This document shows, piece after piece, positions 49,291-62,590 of a stretch of 64,000 nt of DNA. Every line of letters begins with the position of its first letter. Position 1 is the stretch's first letter. Source of the stretch: Takakia lepidozioides (Eukaryota; Plantae; Bryophyta); NCBI GenBank assembly GCA_030704615.1, contig CM060734.1, positions 61,380,001 through 61,444,000 on the forward strand, given 5' to 3'. The notes under the pieces are model-generated. The model was not told where the DNA came from. It saw only the letters and a program-made list of their open reading frames with translations, and ran no database searches. A program made the translations under genes and the position numbers.

Positions 49291-52200
49291 CTACTTTGAA
49301 TGTGACCCAAAAAAATCACTAATAGTGGCACGCTTGACAGCACGTGAGCGCTTCAGCCCCAGCTGATCTTGCAGCTCTCTCTGTATCTCTATTGGAAGTT
49401 CTGACAGGACCCCTTGGTCGATCTCTTCCTGCTTGTATTGCCAGCTGCCAGTATCACTCTGCGCCCTCTTGACAAGTGACGTGGCACGAAGGGTTGGTTT
49501 CCTCTGCCACAGATCCTGCAACCTTCCTAGTCCTGTCACCTTACTAACCATGGAATCAGGCTTGCGCAATGGCTGATTGCTGCCACCAGGGCTGTTTTCA
49601 GTTTGCTGCTTGGTCTCAGGTAGTGACATGTCCGATTGTAGGTCTGAAGCTGCCTCAGAATATGATCCCTCTGTACTATTGTGTTGTGGATGGGGTTTGG
49701 GTCTACCAAAGTTTGCAGGTGGCACCAAGTCGTCTTCACATTCTGTACTCCCACCAACTGCCTCAATATTGGTCTCCATTAACCTGATTAGGTCCACCGA
49801 TGGAGTAACACCAGCTGCTTGGGCGCTGTCTTTATGTAAATATGATTGTCTTTTGATTCCACCTGTGCCTACTGGATCTTCTACTGGGGAACATAAGATG
49901 ACAGTCCCCGCACTTGGAGCACATTCCTCGACAGATTTCTCTTTGCGGAACGAGGACAGAGAGGCCTCACTAAGGATCCCCTCTTCAAAGAAATTGCTTC
50001 TAGGTTTTGTAGGGCTAGAAAATCTACCAAATTGAGGTGTGCAGTCAAATTCTGAATCAGAAGTACCGTCATCATCTAATCGGCTGGAGGCGTGTGTTTG
50101 ACCACCTGCTTCCAAAAGGCCACCATGTGCCCAGCAGTCCCTATGCTCAGTACCGTCCATTACTTTGAAAGATGAAGACCCTGTGTAAGTAGGACTTTCC
50201 ATTGATGCCGATGTTCCACAGCCCCCTAAAAGAGAAAAAAACGCATATATCAGGTTGCCTGCATTGTCGGATAATCTGAAGCAGGCTGGTGGTGAATGGA
50301 AACCCTCTACACTCTCCATGTCTCCTACAAGAACTTGTTTCAAAACCTAGATCTTATGACATTGCTTAGATAAGGAAACATGAATGTCTTCCATATTGAG
50401 AGGACACAGACATGCACAGAAAAACTGAAGCAAAATCAAGTCATGAGGGCCTTGAATATTAGGCAGACAGAGAAAAAGTTCATCAAAATGTTGGCTTCTA
50501 CGGAGAAGGGAAAAGAGAGTTGAACTCAAACCTGCGACTATAAGAGCACATCTTTGTGCAATGAGAAGCCCACACTATTTCCTGTAGTATGCTGAGGGAA
50601 GTGTTACAGGTTTACCAGGATTTGGGCATTGTGGGGCTCCTCACCTGATTGATTAATCAAGTTGTCACTTTCTATCAGTGCAGAGCTGGCTCCTGCTCCT
50701 TTCTCCTCTGTCATCCAAAAACTTCCAGGAGCATTTGCTTGTTGCCCCTGTGACTCGAGGGAAGATAAAGTCTGGGAGGGCGAGATCGGGGGTGATGGAG
50801 GCGGGCTGGAGAAGCTCCCTAGTTCATTCAACTTGGGCTTTACAGGTGTCGAGAAAAACTTTGTGATGGGGTTCATACCCTACAAAGAAACAAAGCTGTT
50901 AATTTGGTTTGAGCAAGTCATGGTCATGTCATCTTAGCACATCAGAACAAATGTCACACAACCCCATTACAACTCATAACTGATTGAACCAGAGATTTGA
51001 GTGATAAACTAGTTGTTGGTACTTGAAGGCATGGATACCAAGTTCACAACCTGGAAACCAACTCTGGAGACTATTGCCAAATAGAGCTTAGGAAAACTTT
51101 GGGAATTAGTTAGAAAAACAGATGATGGAGCAACAGACAACGCACCGAGGGTACTGCCACAATATTGGATGCCCCAATTGAGAGTGAGGTAACTGCCCAA
51201 TGGCATCTGCCGCTTCCATCCCCCTTGACAGGAGAGAGACTCTCAGAAGGAGGACAAAAGTCGCGTAGACCCCGTTCAAAGAGAGCACGTGCATCCGCTA
51301 GAATTTTGTCTTTCCCATACCTCAAAGCACAAGACTTTGAGGGAAACTTACGTGTTGCTTGTATCCCTCCTTTCTGCGACCCAGATAGCCGTATAGATAA
51401 AAGAATGCTGGGAAAAAACCCTACTATTACAAAAGAACCACGGTGTAATTGAAAACTCAGCCTCATAATCCCAGCTGTAAGACAATGCAAGAGAGATGGG
51501 CAGTTGTCATGTACCAGATGGCATCCTGCATGGACAATAAGGACCCGAGCAGTGCGATTGTTGTTCTCTAGATCTAAATCCAGGCGGTCCTGCAGCTCTT
51601 CCGCCATCTCTCCCAACCAATGAATTACCTGCAATACTGGAGTATCATGACTTACTGGAGCTCATTGTAGAGGAAGTCCACATGACCATTTAAATGAACC
51701 AGTACTCTTGTCTCATAGACAGTCATACTGATACTCAATACAGCAAGGAAAATCAAGATGTACAGGAGAATTGGGGACTCATGGGCACCCACCGAAGTGA
51801 AGTCCTTGAGAGCTTTAGGGCCTGCGAAGGTTTTGCCGCAGCTGTGGCTTTTTGGAAGTACGCGTCCGTGGACCTCATCTCCACTCCTGCCTCTCGCTAT
51901 GTTCCATAACCATGTACTGAAAGAGGAAAATTCCAGAGACAAACACCACCACAAAGGGAACCATAAGGTCATGAATGTGTTCAGGCTGGCATATATTTGG
52001 TACGAGAAGCAAGCACAGAAGAGAGAGAGACAACCATCATGAAATCATCTGTTAAAGAAGACGAAGACCAGAAAATGTCCTTCAATGAACAGGTTGAAAT
52101 GACATCAGTGATACCCAGTATTTATGCCGTAAAGTTCTTGCAACCTCGTCTCCGAAAATGGCAGCAGGTCGCTAGGGGTCTTCACACCAAGATCTTCTTC

Positions 52201-55200
52201 CAGGGACTTGCCAAGTTTCCCGCCTAGCTGCCCACTGAAGCATACAGAATTCCCCATTCAGCTCCCACAAGCACTATATTTCGTAACAGAAAAAGATAAA
52301 AAGCCGGTCACCACCACTAACCTGCTTGGGCACGTCCTGTTATCATTTTGTAGCAACACTTACTGTCCAATGTACAGCGATTTTAGGTGAGTCCAACTTA
52401 GACACTCAAAGCTGTACACTGTGATTTAACCTCACATGTGGTTGATACTTGATACAGCCCAACTTACAGTACTTAATATGACTCCACCAGACACTTCCTT
52501 CCATCTTCCTCAAGACACATCAAAACCAGACCTGCCATATGAGAAGTAACCGTCAAGAGTAATTCATATAATGCAGTTTCTCGTTTCTTCTGTGAACCAT
52601 GCTCTGCTGCATTTATTTCTAGGCAGTGGGAGGTTGGGACATCAACGAGTAGAGGCTTGACCACCAACCTAATTTCAAACATGACTGGACCGTAGGACTG
52701 GCCTTTTCAACATATTTTTCTACGGATCTTGAGAAAAGAACAACTCACATTTTCTTGATTGGCAGGGAAGCAAGCAGTGCAGGGACAGATGATGAAGGCA
52801 CCAGTGTCTGCTGTGCAGGCTTGTGCATACTGCTTGAAAGCTTTGCCAGCATCTGGCAAACAGAACTCACCAAGACCAGATGTGAAAACACCTTGGAAAC
52901 TTACACAATGGCAGAAGTGAATCTACACTCTCTGAAGGTCCAACACCGTTCTTGTCTGTCTGCCTCCTTCCCCTATTGGTATCCATATCTCTCTAGTCCT
53001 TTTTCTATTTTCACACAGTGCAGTGGTAGCATTCAACGACAGAGGAGAGGGAGGAAGTGATCTTAAGTGGCAGTGGGGTAGCCAAGAGATCCCGGTCCTC
53101 CCTTCCTACACTTACCTGGGTGTTGAGTTTTCCTCCAATTGTAATTGGGATGCACATATCCGGAAAGTTGTTCAAACTGTCAAGGGCAAAGCTCTGGGGC
53201 TCACTAAATTTTTCCACTGCAGAGGGGTCAACTCTGAGGTTAGGAAAACCATGCTTTGTCGCATTATTAGACCTGCCTTGGAGTACGGATCTGCAATATG
53301 GGTTGATAACTCCAACCAGGCTAAGTCTCTAGAATCCATTCAAGTGGGGGTGCTTAAGGAGTGTATGTCAGCATGCTCCAAAACAGCCAATGTGGCTGTT
53401 CGGGGTGAGTTTGGCATTCCGTCCTTCAGCTCCCGACGAGATGAATTCAAGGTCAAATGGTGGGGTCAGCTGCAACATATGTCCAACACCAGATATCCTA
53501 AGTTAATCGACTCTATATCTTGGAAACAGGATCCCCCTGTCAAGCAGGCTAAGTCCTGGCAGAAGAGAGTAGAAGAGATTCTCAAGGACCTGGACCTGGA
53601 TCCGCAAGTCTTGACCCTGCTGGATAAATCTGACTTAGAGGCTGTAGTGTCCAAAGCCATGTCTGTTGCCATGAGATTGTCTGATGAAAATGAAGTTAGG
53701 CAGAAAACTTCCCTGAACTTGTTTCCAGTCAGTGACATGGGGGATGACATCTTGGATGACCTCAAGGGTCTACCCACTCTCGGCACTAGACTGAAACTTA
53801 AACTCAGGGCAGGAAGCCTACCTTTGAACAGCAAACAGAAGCAGAGAGGAAAGGGAGAGTGCAATTGCCCGTTGTGTGGGCAATCTGAAGACAGTATTCA
53901 TTTTCTGATACACTGTCCGGGGTTCTCTCACCAAAGAGATGCTCTCTTCAAATCTATCAAGGGAATTGTGCCTGTACCCCTGTTTACCAGCTTTGAAAGT
54001 CCCGAGGCTGAGCCAAAAGCCCAGGCCCTCCTGAGGCCTAGTTTTTGGGCAAATCACACACAGCAGATTGATGCTTGTGTGAAGGGATTTCTAGAGGATA
54101 TCTGGAAAACCCGGATTAATTCTATATATGAAGGTAAGTCTTACTACCAACGTCAGCCCCTGACAGAGGTAGGTTCTGTCCCTTTTGTTCCCGCTCAAAC
54201 TGGGCGCGGGGTCAATGGCCACAAGGCTACGGCAAACAACGTCTTATGAGTACAATCTATTTTCACACTGTGCTTTGGGCATTAGTTTTATTCACGAAAG
54301 TGCAGTCTTTGGATTAAACAGGTACATAGTGCTCTCCGTCACCCACCTCTGTAATCAGCTTACACAGTCTGGTCATATTCTAATTGAAAGACAAGTCTTC
54401 AGTACAATGCTCAAGCAAAGTAGGTTATCTGCTTACCTTGTTGTGAGCAATGCCCGCTGAGCATGTGAACTGGGTCTCTGCCAAAACTGCCATACGCAGC
54501 TCAGCAATTATTAGGGCTCCACATGCCAGCAGCTCATCACTCCTGGAAGCATCCCTTCGACATAGCCACTCTCCGGAAGTCATCCCCTCTTCACCATCCT
54601 TTACAAAAGATCAAGAGAAAGTCAGAAAACCCTGGAAATTACTCACCCAGAATTTAATTGTAGTACAGTAAACATAAGCAGGATTCGATATGTCCAGTAA
54701 AACATAAATCTACAATGTGAGCTATGAGAAGGTAAGGAAAAGATCTAACTGAAAGCTGGACACAATGACACCCAGTTCTCATACATCCAGCAAACCGAGG
54801 AGAGAGAAAGAGAAGAGGGAAAGGGCTTCCAACCACAAATCTTGAAAAGGGATGGATACTACCCTACCTTGCCAATTCCAAGTACATGGGTCTTGAGGAC
54901 CTCTTCAGGAAGGGACTCCACCAACAGGAGAGGGTCCTGGAGTAGCCGCGTAGCAGCAGCTTCTGTGATATCCAGATATACTTCATCAATGGACGCCCTC
55001 TCACACGTACCCATACGGGACATAATTGCCACCACCTACATCTCTTCATCCAACAACAGGATCAACAAAATTACTGCTCTAACCCTGGCCCCATAGGCAA
55101 ACTGGTATGCTTCTTCTATTCCCTTGCAACATCCAAACTGAGCATCAGATTCATGACTCCATCAAGCAATGGGTTCACATGAAATGTGTCTGTCTGTCGG

Positions 55201-56427
55201 ACACATCCTGACACTGCATGACAAAAGACTACAGCAAGCAGTCCTTTGAACAAACTTTCTGTTGCCCTCTCTCCTTACCTCAGCGCCAGCATCCCTATAC
55301 GGGGCGAGAAAGGCATGGCCATGAGCCACAGGGACTTGCACAAGCTCTATATCCGGGCACACCTTCTTTGCATCATCCCCACGCATATTCCTGCCAGTTA
55401 CAAAACACATTGAATCTCGAGTGACATGCTACGCTACTGGCCTGTACCACAGGTTCCATCGCCACCCCGTCCCCCTCCCCCCCCCTGCCCCCCCCCCAAC
55501 AACAAAATTCGGATTGTAGGGCAACTCAAACAACAGCCATATGGGTTTTAGCTGCTGCAAAACAGTGTAATATGACTTGGTCTTCAAATCACTTTAAAAG
55601 ACACACAGCAAGTAAAGCCAAATAATTTACAGAGGTACACACACACACACACACACACTCTCTCTCTCTCTCTCTCTCCCTCCCAAAGCTGCAGCAAAGT
55701 GTTATGAGTACATTCTCTCTCCCACCCCACAACATAACCCTGCTATCCCCTTTCTGTCTGTAGATAAACCTCATACTGAACAGTCATCTGAAAGACCAGC
55801 TCTCTTGAATTCAAGATGCAGATTGAGGAGACCACAAACCGGGAGACACCACAGCGCCGAGCCTCGTAGCTGACAGCTATGAGACCTCCACCCTTCCATG
55901 GATTATATTGGACTACCGCTGAAGGTTTTCCCCGAAGCTCCGGTCGCTTCCGCTGCTCCACTACCATTTCGGATCCATGTCCAACCCATAATTAATGACA
56001 ACAGTGCGTACAAGGACGACCAGCACCCCGACGGCAAAAAAGGAAATCCGCTATCGTTCTTAGCAGGTTTGAAGTCCTAGTTTCTTGATAGTCCTTTCCA
56101 AGCCTTCCAATATGGCTAATTACTGGGTGCTTGGTGAGACCGAGTGCCCGATCGGACTAAGGTAACCATCTAGTGCTAATGCAACTAAAGAATACAAGGC
56201 ATGATTCGCCTAAGGATGCCTGCTGCTCCCGTAAATCGAATCGTTACAGCAGCCTATTCACTGGAGAGGTCCCTCAGGAAACAGAGACAGCAAAACTTGC
56301 ACATGAAAGGGGAGACTCACAACACAACAGAGAAAAGCGGAGGAAAGATACCTTGCACATAAAAACAGTCAAGATCCACATGGGCAATGACCCTGGTATC
56401 CGGAGGCTCGGGCCTGGCCACCGGCAT
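49291..56427 (-). CDS. POLH: DNA polymerase eta (Y-family translesion polymerase), ~12 exons
   Basis: MPVARPEPPDTRVIAHVDLDCFYVQ, VEQRKRPELRGKPSAVVQYN, ERASIDEVYLD, CSAGIAHNK, LGGKLG, PKSHSCGKTF; C-terminal EIDQGVLSELPIEIQ and PIP-like TISDFF. Confidence 0.95.
53017..54255 (+). mobile_element. 5'-truncated LINE in POLH intron with open 408-aa frame
   Basis: YTYLGVEF (RT thumb region), CPLCGQSEDSIHFLIHC finger; 13-bp TSD TCTATTTTCACAC at 53004-53016 and 54256-54268. Confidence 0.92.
55637..55680. repeat. Compound (CA)n(CT)n microsatellite
   Basis: Seen directly in POLH intron 2. Confidence 0.95.
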
Positions 56428-56700
56428 TTCGTTTCCTGTGCTCCTGAGCTCGAGTGTTATTCAGAGCTCCATGGAAAAGGGGGCCAACAGACTTATGCCC
56501 AATCTTCTTGGAAGATGAAGAGAAAAGAGATTAGATGTAGCCCAACCAGCTATGGCGCTGAGAAGAACCCAACATCCAGGGGAATGACAGGAAAGTCCGC
56601 TTTTGGCGTACGTGGCGCAGAAGACCGGAGGTTTCCTGGGGTGAGCTGGGCTGCTATATAAACCAGCAGGACTTCTTGTCTCTCCCTGCGGCATTTGGTC

Positions 56701-59576
56701 ATGGATCAAGCACTACAGGCGACGTCGTCCGTGTCCGCTACCTCGGTCACTACAGGGTCGATGGCGCCCACAAGCCCTGAGGCATCGCCTACATCAACAG
56801 CAGATTCTGGAGGTCTAGTGCTCTCAGTGGAGCATCCCTTACCACCTCGTCGCCGTCTTGTGAAAGCTGCTGCGTACGTTTATGCACACCTTTTTTTGTG
56901 TCATCTTGACTGAACTCCCTTTTTCTTGTATACATTCTGAAGAATCAGTCCTTACAGGCAATTTAGTATCGTCGACCCATTGTTTTCTTTATGTTTTTCC
57001 TTGTTGTCTCATTCCCATGTGAGTCCTGAGTAAGATCAGAGATTCCCCCACTACGTTAGTTTCAGTATTTCTACCGTGCAGCCGTCTTTTCCTTCCTGCT
57101 GATGTTGTGGAAAGTCGTAGAAAACTATTTCTGAATCGGCTGGGGGCGTTAGAATGGTCTGCCAGTTGTTGGTCTTTATCAATCAATCATGCAGATGTCG
57201 GCGCTTTCCACAAATGAACACTCCTGGATTCCCCCTGGCCACTGTCAACCCCTTCCCCGTTGTCTGCATGTCCTTCAGTTCGATTCACATCGATGTAGGT
57301 ATGACAATTCAATGCGAATGCTTGAAAGAAGTGGACATCTCATCTGGTTCCCTCAATCAATTGATTGAGTGCCCTTCCAGTACGTAATTAGTTCTAATCA
57401 TTTATACCTTCTAGGATCCTCCATTGATATCTGTGTAACTGAAAGGGGTTTTCACACTCCATTGAGATGGATTTGTCCAGCGTTTGTATAAGGATTATGT
57501 TTTGGACAGGCTCGCAAAGAGTACGCAAGTCCAGAAGAAACAGTAGAACTGGAAGTTCTGAGGCTCCATGACCAATGATGAACACCTGGTTGAAAATCAT
57601 AGTCTATACTAAGGACATGTCGAAATGAGCCTAGAATTGGATCCAAACGTCTGAAGGGGGGTGCACGTACACATCAGCGAATGTTCAAGTGTAATGTGGT
57701 GCATATTTTCGACTTGATTATAATGTTGTTTCTGACAAAAGAATAATTGTCTCCCTCTGGATGCCTGACAGGGCAGCCGTGCTCATTCAGAAACAAAGAG
57801 AGAAGGGATGGGAGGGCCACCAGGGTTTGGTGGTGCTGGAAATTATGATCGGTTGCAAAATACATCTCCAGCACTCTCAGGCAGTGCTGCTGCATTGACG
57901 GGTATCCCTTCCGGAGGGACAGCAATGCCTTCTGGCAGCCTCCAGACTGGCTTCAGAGAAAGAGGTCCCCTTCGGACGGCTTCCAAAGGTGCTGACAACT
58001 GGTCCTCCATTTCCAGATCCGATGAAAGCTTGAATGAAAACTGGCTGTCGAAGTTTATTGCTTTGTGTGCACACATTCTTTCAGAGAAGTTGTTACTGCT
58101 AATTCAGGCACACACCCAAGAACCTCATTGACTGTTCCAGACCAACATTGTGTACCATGTGTACCTTGAGGTCATAGTCTCTGTAATATACCAAGCCTCA
58201 GGGTGCTCCTGCCAAAACAAAAACTGAAACTCAGCGCAAAATCTCCTCGAGCTGATTCCCAGTGCATGATAACCTGGTTGCAGGGGTCGGATTCTTACTT
58301 TTAGAGCAGGCGAATACATTAATTGTGCTCCATACCATATCCGTTGGAATGTTGTACAGGGGTTTAATACTCTATTGTCCATGATGTGATTTGAGGTAGT
58401 AGAAATAATTTTCAGGCGCCTAGATGCAGATGCTCGTCAAGTTTGTCTGTATGCATCAACTGTGCCTATTTGCTTTTGTGGCAGCAGACATGGGAGGAGA
58501 CCAGTCAAATGTGCCACATGGAGGTAGTGGACCTGCTAAATTAGGACGGTGCGTCTCTTCTACCTCTTTGTGCGTTTCATTGACAATGCCTTCTTCCTTT
58601 TCCCTCTCTTCCCCATCTACGTCAAGCTTGCCCTCACTCTCATGTTGACAAGTGGGACACAAGGAGTACCTCAGGCCCTCTCACTTTGGGTAAAGTCAAA
58701 CTGAGAGAGGTTGCTTACCTTCCAAGAATAAGCACCTGCAGCTGAAGACTCCCAAGTGGCATGCTTCTAAAACAGACTACTCCTACACTTATTTTGATCA
58801 GTTTTGTGACAGTGTCAAAACATGTGACATTCCTTGGGCTGAATCCGGAGTGACTGCTTTGCATCCAGATGATCTTCAGGTAAGCAACAGTGTGGAGGCC
58901 ATAGGAGCCAGAGTCCACCTCATTTACAATGGTGAATTCACTGGTTTAGCAACCCTTGAGTGATGATAGGTCCTGTTCTGCTGTTCTTACCCCCACAGCA
59001 CCTTTTGTCTCACAAGGTCATTTCAGCAGGCATGGGTTCGGTGCCCACAAGCTTATGGCTAGCAAATAACTTCAATCTTTCAATTTTTCATAAGAAAAAC
59101 CACGTTTGTCTCACATCCCCACTGCTGCACATTTAACTAGTTATACTTGATGTAATGTTGCTCCAAACCTCTGTTCTGGCGCTAAGTTTTGCAGTGGAGA
59201 GGGATGCAGAGCTCCATATGCAAATGCAGGAGCAATGGAGACACGACCCCTCGGACGCCGACCTGAGGTAATTTGCTACAACTTTGCCGAGATTTCATTT
59301 TTGTTTTTGCTGTTGGACATATATTATCCATTCAAGGGGGATTGTCAAGCAGTCACGTATTCGTGTTTTCTGGCTCTTTTCTAGGTGAACTTGCGGAGGC
59401 AGGAAGCACTTGCTGCTCAGAAGCATGCAGATGAGATGAGAATGCAGCAAGCCAAGCGAGCCGCATTATCGCGTGCTCAGACAATGGGAGCCCCTGGAAA
59501 TTACAAAAGTTTTGACTCTCCTTTCGGTAATTTTATGGTGCCAGTCATACCCCAGCAATTTTTGAACAAGCCCTAG
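56701..59576 (+). CDS. Uncharacterised multi-exon protein, head-to-head with POLH
   Basis: TATA at ~56655. Candidate exons ~56701-56872, ~57770-57988, ~58487-58548, 59194-59267, 59385-59576 ending YKSFDSPFGNFMVPVIP. Internal exon boundaries are approximate. Confidence 0.6.
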
Positions 59577-60777
59577 CCCCACTTTCGCCCAGAAACATGC
59601 AGCTGAGTCAAGCAATCCTTACTGTTGTGTGCACAGACAGTGGGTGCCTCCAGATATCACAAAAGTTTTGTAGGTGGATATGCAGTGCCACTCCTACCCC
59701 GCCTTGAAATGGTCCTTGGCCCCCTTGCTTCTGCTACTTGCAGTAGTTGCTCCTCTGATGCCCTTGCCCCTCTGAGGGGGTGGTCATTTCAGAAAGATTT
59801 ACACTTCGGTATAAGTTGCCAATGCATGCATTTCAATCACTAATTTGAGGCGAGTGGCCTGAAATGGCCTTAATCCCACTGCTCAAAGATTTGTAATTAG
59901 TAGGCCAGCCCAGGCTTGGTGTGGGTTCAACGGTGGTCTGGAACACTGCTAATGTTTGTTAGTTGTAGCTTCTCCAATCTGGGCTTCAATTATTTGTGTT
60001 CCCAGGGAAGAACAAAAGACCTCGACCAGTTAAAGAAACAGCACATCTGATCAACTGCGACCGCAGTTTTTTCTGAAGTTCTTCTGGGGAAGTTGTGTAT
60101 CTGACATTTCCTGTTTAAATGCAAGTTTCAATGTGCCAATGCCCCTGCACTTATGGGAAAAAACAGGGGCTAATTCAGACTGCAGGTGTCCCGGTGTTGG
60201 ATGTGCTGGGCTGGGCCTAAGGGTCACTAGCTACATTATGATGCCTTAAGGGGGCTCTTGGTGTTTATCTGTGTTTACATTGGACCTTAAAATAACGGGT
60301 ATCTGATTTTTATTATGATGGTGTTATGCACGGTAGAGGGTATGAATTCTCTGCAAATTGTGAAGGCCTTGCAGCTCAGAGCAAACCTTCTGTTTGGATT
60401 GGGTGCAGCGGGTGGCTCTACACAGAGACAGCAAGGGAGAAAAGAAAATGCACGCTTTTGTACCACAGCAATCTTAAATGAGTGGGTAGCATTGAGCAAG
60501 GAAACATGTGCTTAGACTAGACGGGACCTTGAGATTAAGGTGCACTTTGATCTCGGAACTGCTGTTCTTCTGATGCCACCATTTGATGCCCTCCCCGCCA
60601 TCTCTCGGAGACCAGGGGTCAGGAGATCCACCCACATGAGAGTTTGTAAGTCCAAACCAAGCCTTTCGTGTCAATGCCTTACTAAAGTGAATTCACAGAG
60701 CAGCTCTTCTCCAAGTGCTAGCCAACAAACAGCATGACATTTTTTAATTTTCTTTCCCTAGAAAAGGTGAGGGAGAC

Positions 60778-61709
60778 CAGTGTTGGGCGGTTAACCGGCG
60801 GTTCAGGTTAACCGGAACCGGACCCATTCCTCGAGAACCTGACCCGGAACTGGAACCTGCCAATGGGGATCGGCGCAGAACCGAACCGGCGGCTCCTGCT
60901 GGGTGTGAGAACCGGAGAACCGGGGATAAGATCGGAACCGGGCCCATTCCTGCATATCCTGACCTGGGTGTGAGAACCAGAGAACCGGGGATAAGACCGG
61001 CGGTTCGTGCTGGGTGTGAGAACCGGGTAACCGGGGATGGGGATAAAAACAGGTTCCGTTCTTGAACCCTTGGTGGGCCCTTGGCATAACCTGGAGAGCC
61101 GGTGGGCCCATGGCAAAACTTCTTTAATGCTCTCAAGCTCCATGAGATCTTGGGTTCAATGCTTGAAGGCCATGACATTTTATGTTCAATGCTTCAACGC
61201 CATGAGATCTTGGGTTCAATCTCCAGCTCCATGATATCCTGGCTAAGTTCATTAATCAAAATGTTGGAAGATGCCAATACTTGCGAGATAGCTGAATAGT
61301 AATTTCAAGCCATGAAATCTTACCCATTTTCTTCTACTAGTTTATTTAGAGTAGTTTTTTATTTTTTATTTTTTATTTTTTATTTTTTTGTTAGTGATAA
61401 CTAATAAAATCGTTGGATTTTAGTTCAAATATGTGAATACATTGCTATTTAATCTCCCGGACTGATAAAATATTTTAAATCTAATTAAATTAAAAAAATT
61501 AAAATAGAACCGAACCTAACCGGAACCGGTTGTTTTTATCAGCAACTATTCGTAACCGGAACTGCCCCCATGTTTAAAAGTTGGATCCGGAACCGGACCG
61601 GAACCAGCTCAATAAAAAAAACCGGAACCGGATCCGGAACCGTCTCTTGAAATAATTGTGGAACCGGAACCGAAGGTTTCTTCACAAACGCAAGAACCGC
61701 CCAACACTG
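60778..61709. mobile_element. Non-autonomous hAT MITE (932 bp)
   Basis: Perfect 15-bp TIR CAGTGTTGGGCGGTT; 8-bp TSD AGGGAGAC at 60770-60777 and 61710-61717; many AACCGG subterminal repeats. Confidence 0.96.
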
Positions 61710-62077
61710 AGGGAGACCCTACTAATAAGGTGTTATGGAAAACATAACCGCAATAAGAGATTGTGAGGAATGTCAGTATGTATCATAGAGACAGTAACCT
61801 TCCCCAACTGCCAAGCTTTACCAAACAAGTTTGGAGCATTGTACCATCTGATGACCTTTTATGTCATCAATGCCTTTATTCACCCAGTGTATATAGTGCA
61901 GCCGCCTCTCTGCTTGCTTCTCTCTTTGTCGCTCCTTGCAGCCGTCACTTCGTTGGAGCAGGATCCCCTCCTCGAGTGAAGGTGACCTCTAACGTTAGGC
62001 GTGCTTTCAAAATGGCAGCTGCATCTCTGCCTGCAGGTCACGGTAAGGGGTTAAGATGGTGGGGCGTGGTGGGCAGG

Positions 62078-62166
62078 ATGGCGTCTTCGGACCTGATCTG
62101 GTTGTTGGTAAAGAGAAATGGAAACGGCAATGCCTCTATGACAACTTGAACACGCTTAAATATGCA
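62078..62166 (+). pseudogene. RPL28: Ribosomal protein L28 (eL28) first-exon remnant
   Basis: MASSDLIWLLVKRNGNGNAS..NLNTLKYAG followed by a GT donor resembles the eL28 N-terminus with internal deletions; later exons were not found. Confidence 0.65.
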
Positions 62167-62504
62167 GGTACATGCCAAAGATGTTCGCGTAGAAACTAGT
62201 GACATCTCGGTTTCCTGTTTTGCCGTTCTCCCAAGAGTGGATCACCTTATTGGGTTCCGTACTCCCACTTAAGCGTGCTAGAGGAGGGATGTAGGCCCCG
62301 TGCAGTGATGAAGACGGTGGGATCTGGCTGGCAGGGACTTAGAGTGTCACACTGCTGTCTTTCATGCCTGCATTCAAATGGTGTTTACCTCTCTGTCTAT
62401 CATGATTGTGACTGGAAGTGCTTGGCTGTGGGAATCGTTCTTCTCAAGTCAAAGTGGGTGGTTTACCCATAGAGCCCTCCTCCCAACCAGAGGAACACAA
62501 GGTT

Positions 62505-62590
62505 TGTTATGTGCCGCCCCGAGCTCATCGGATTTTGAACCCAGCACCTCCACGTTAGGGCAGCAGCACGCTGTCCAAGAAGCTACGACC
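62505..62590 (-). mobile_element. tRNA-derived SINE-like or tRNA pseudogene head
   Basis: Minus strand GGTCGTAGCTTCTTGG (A-box-like) ... GGGTTCAAAATCC (B-box-like) at tRNA-like spacing; no good cloverleaf. Confidence 0.4.

Noticed and set aside
60744-61299. ORFs inside the MITE
   Set aside because: They derive from AACCGG subterminal repeats and have no transposase motifs.
62505-62590. Functional tRNA gene
   Set aside because: A/B-box-like motifs are present but the acceptor and anticodon stems do not pair convincingly.
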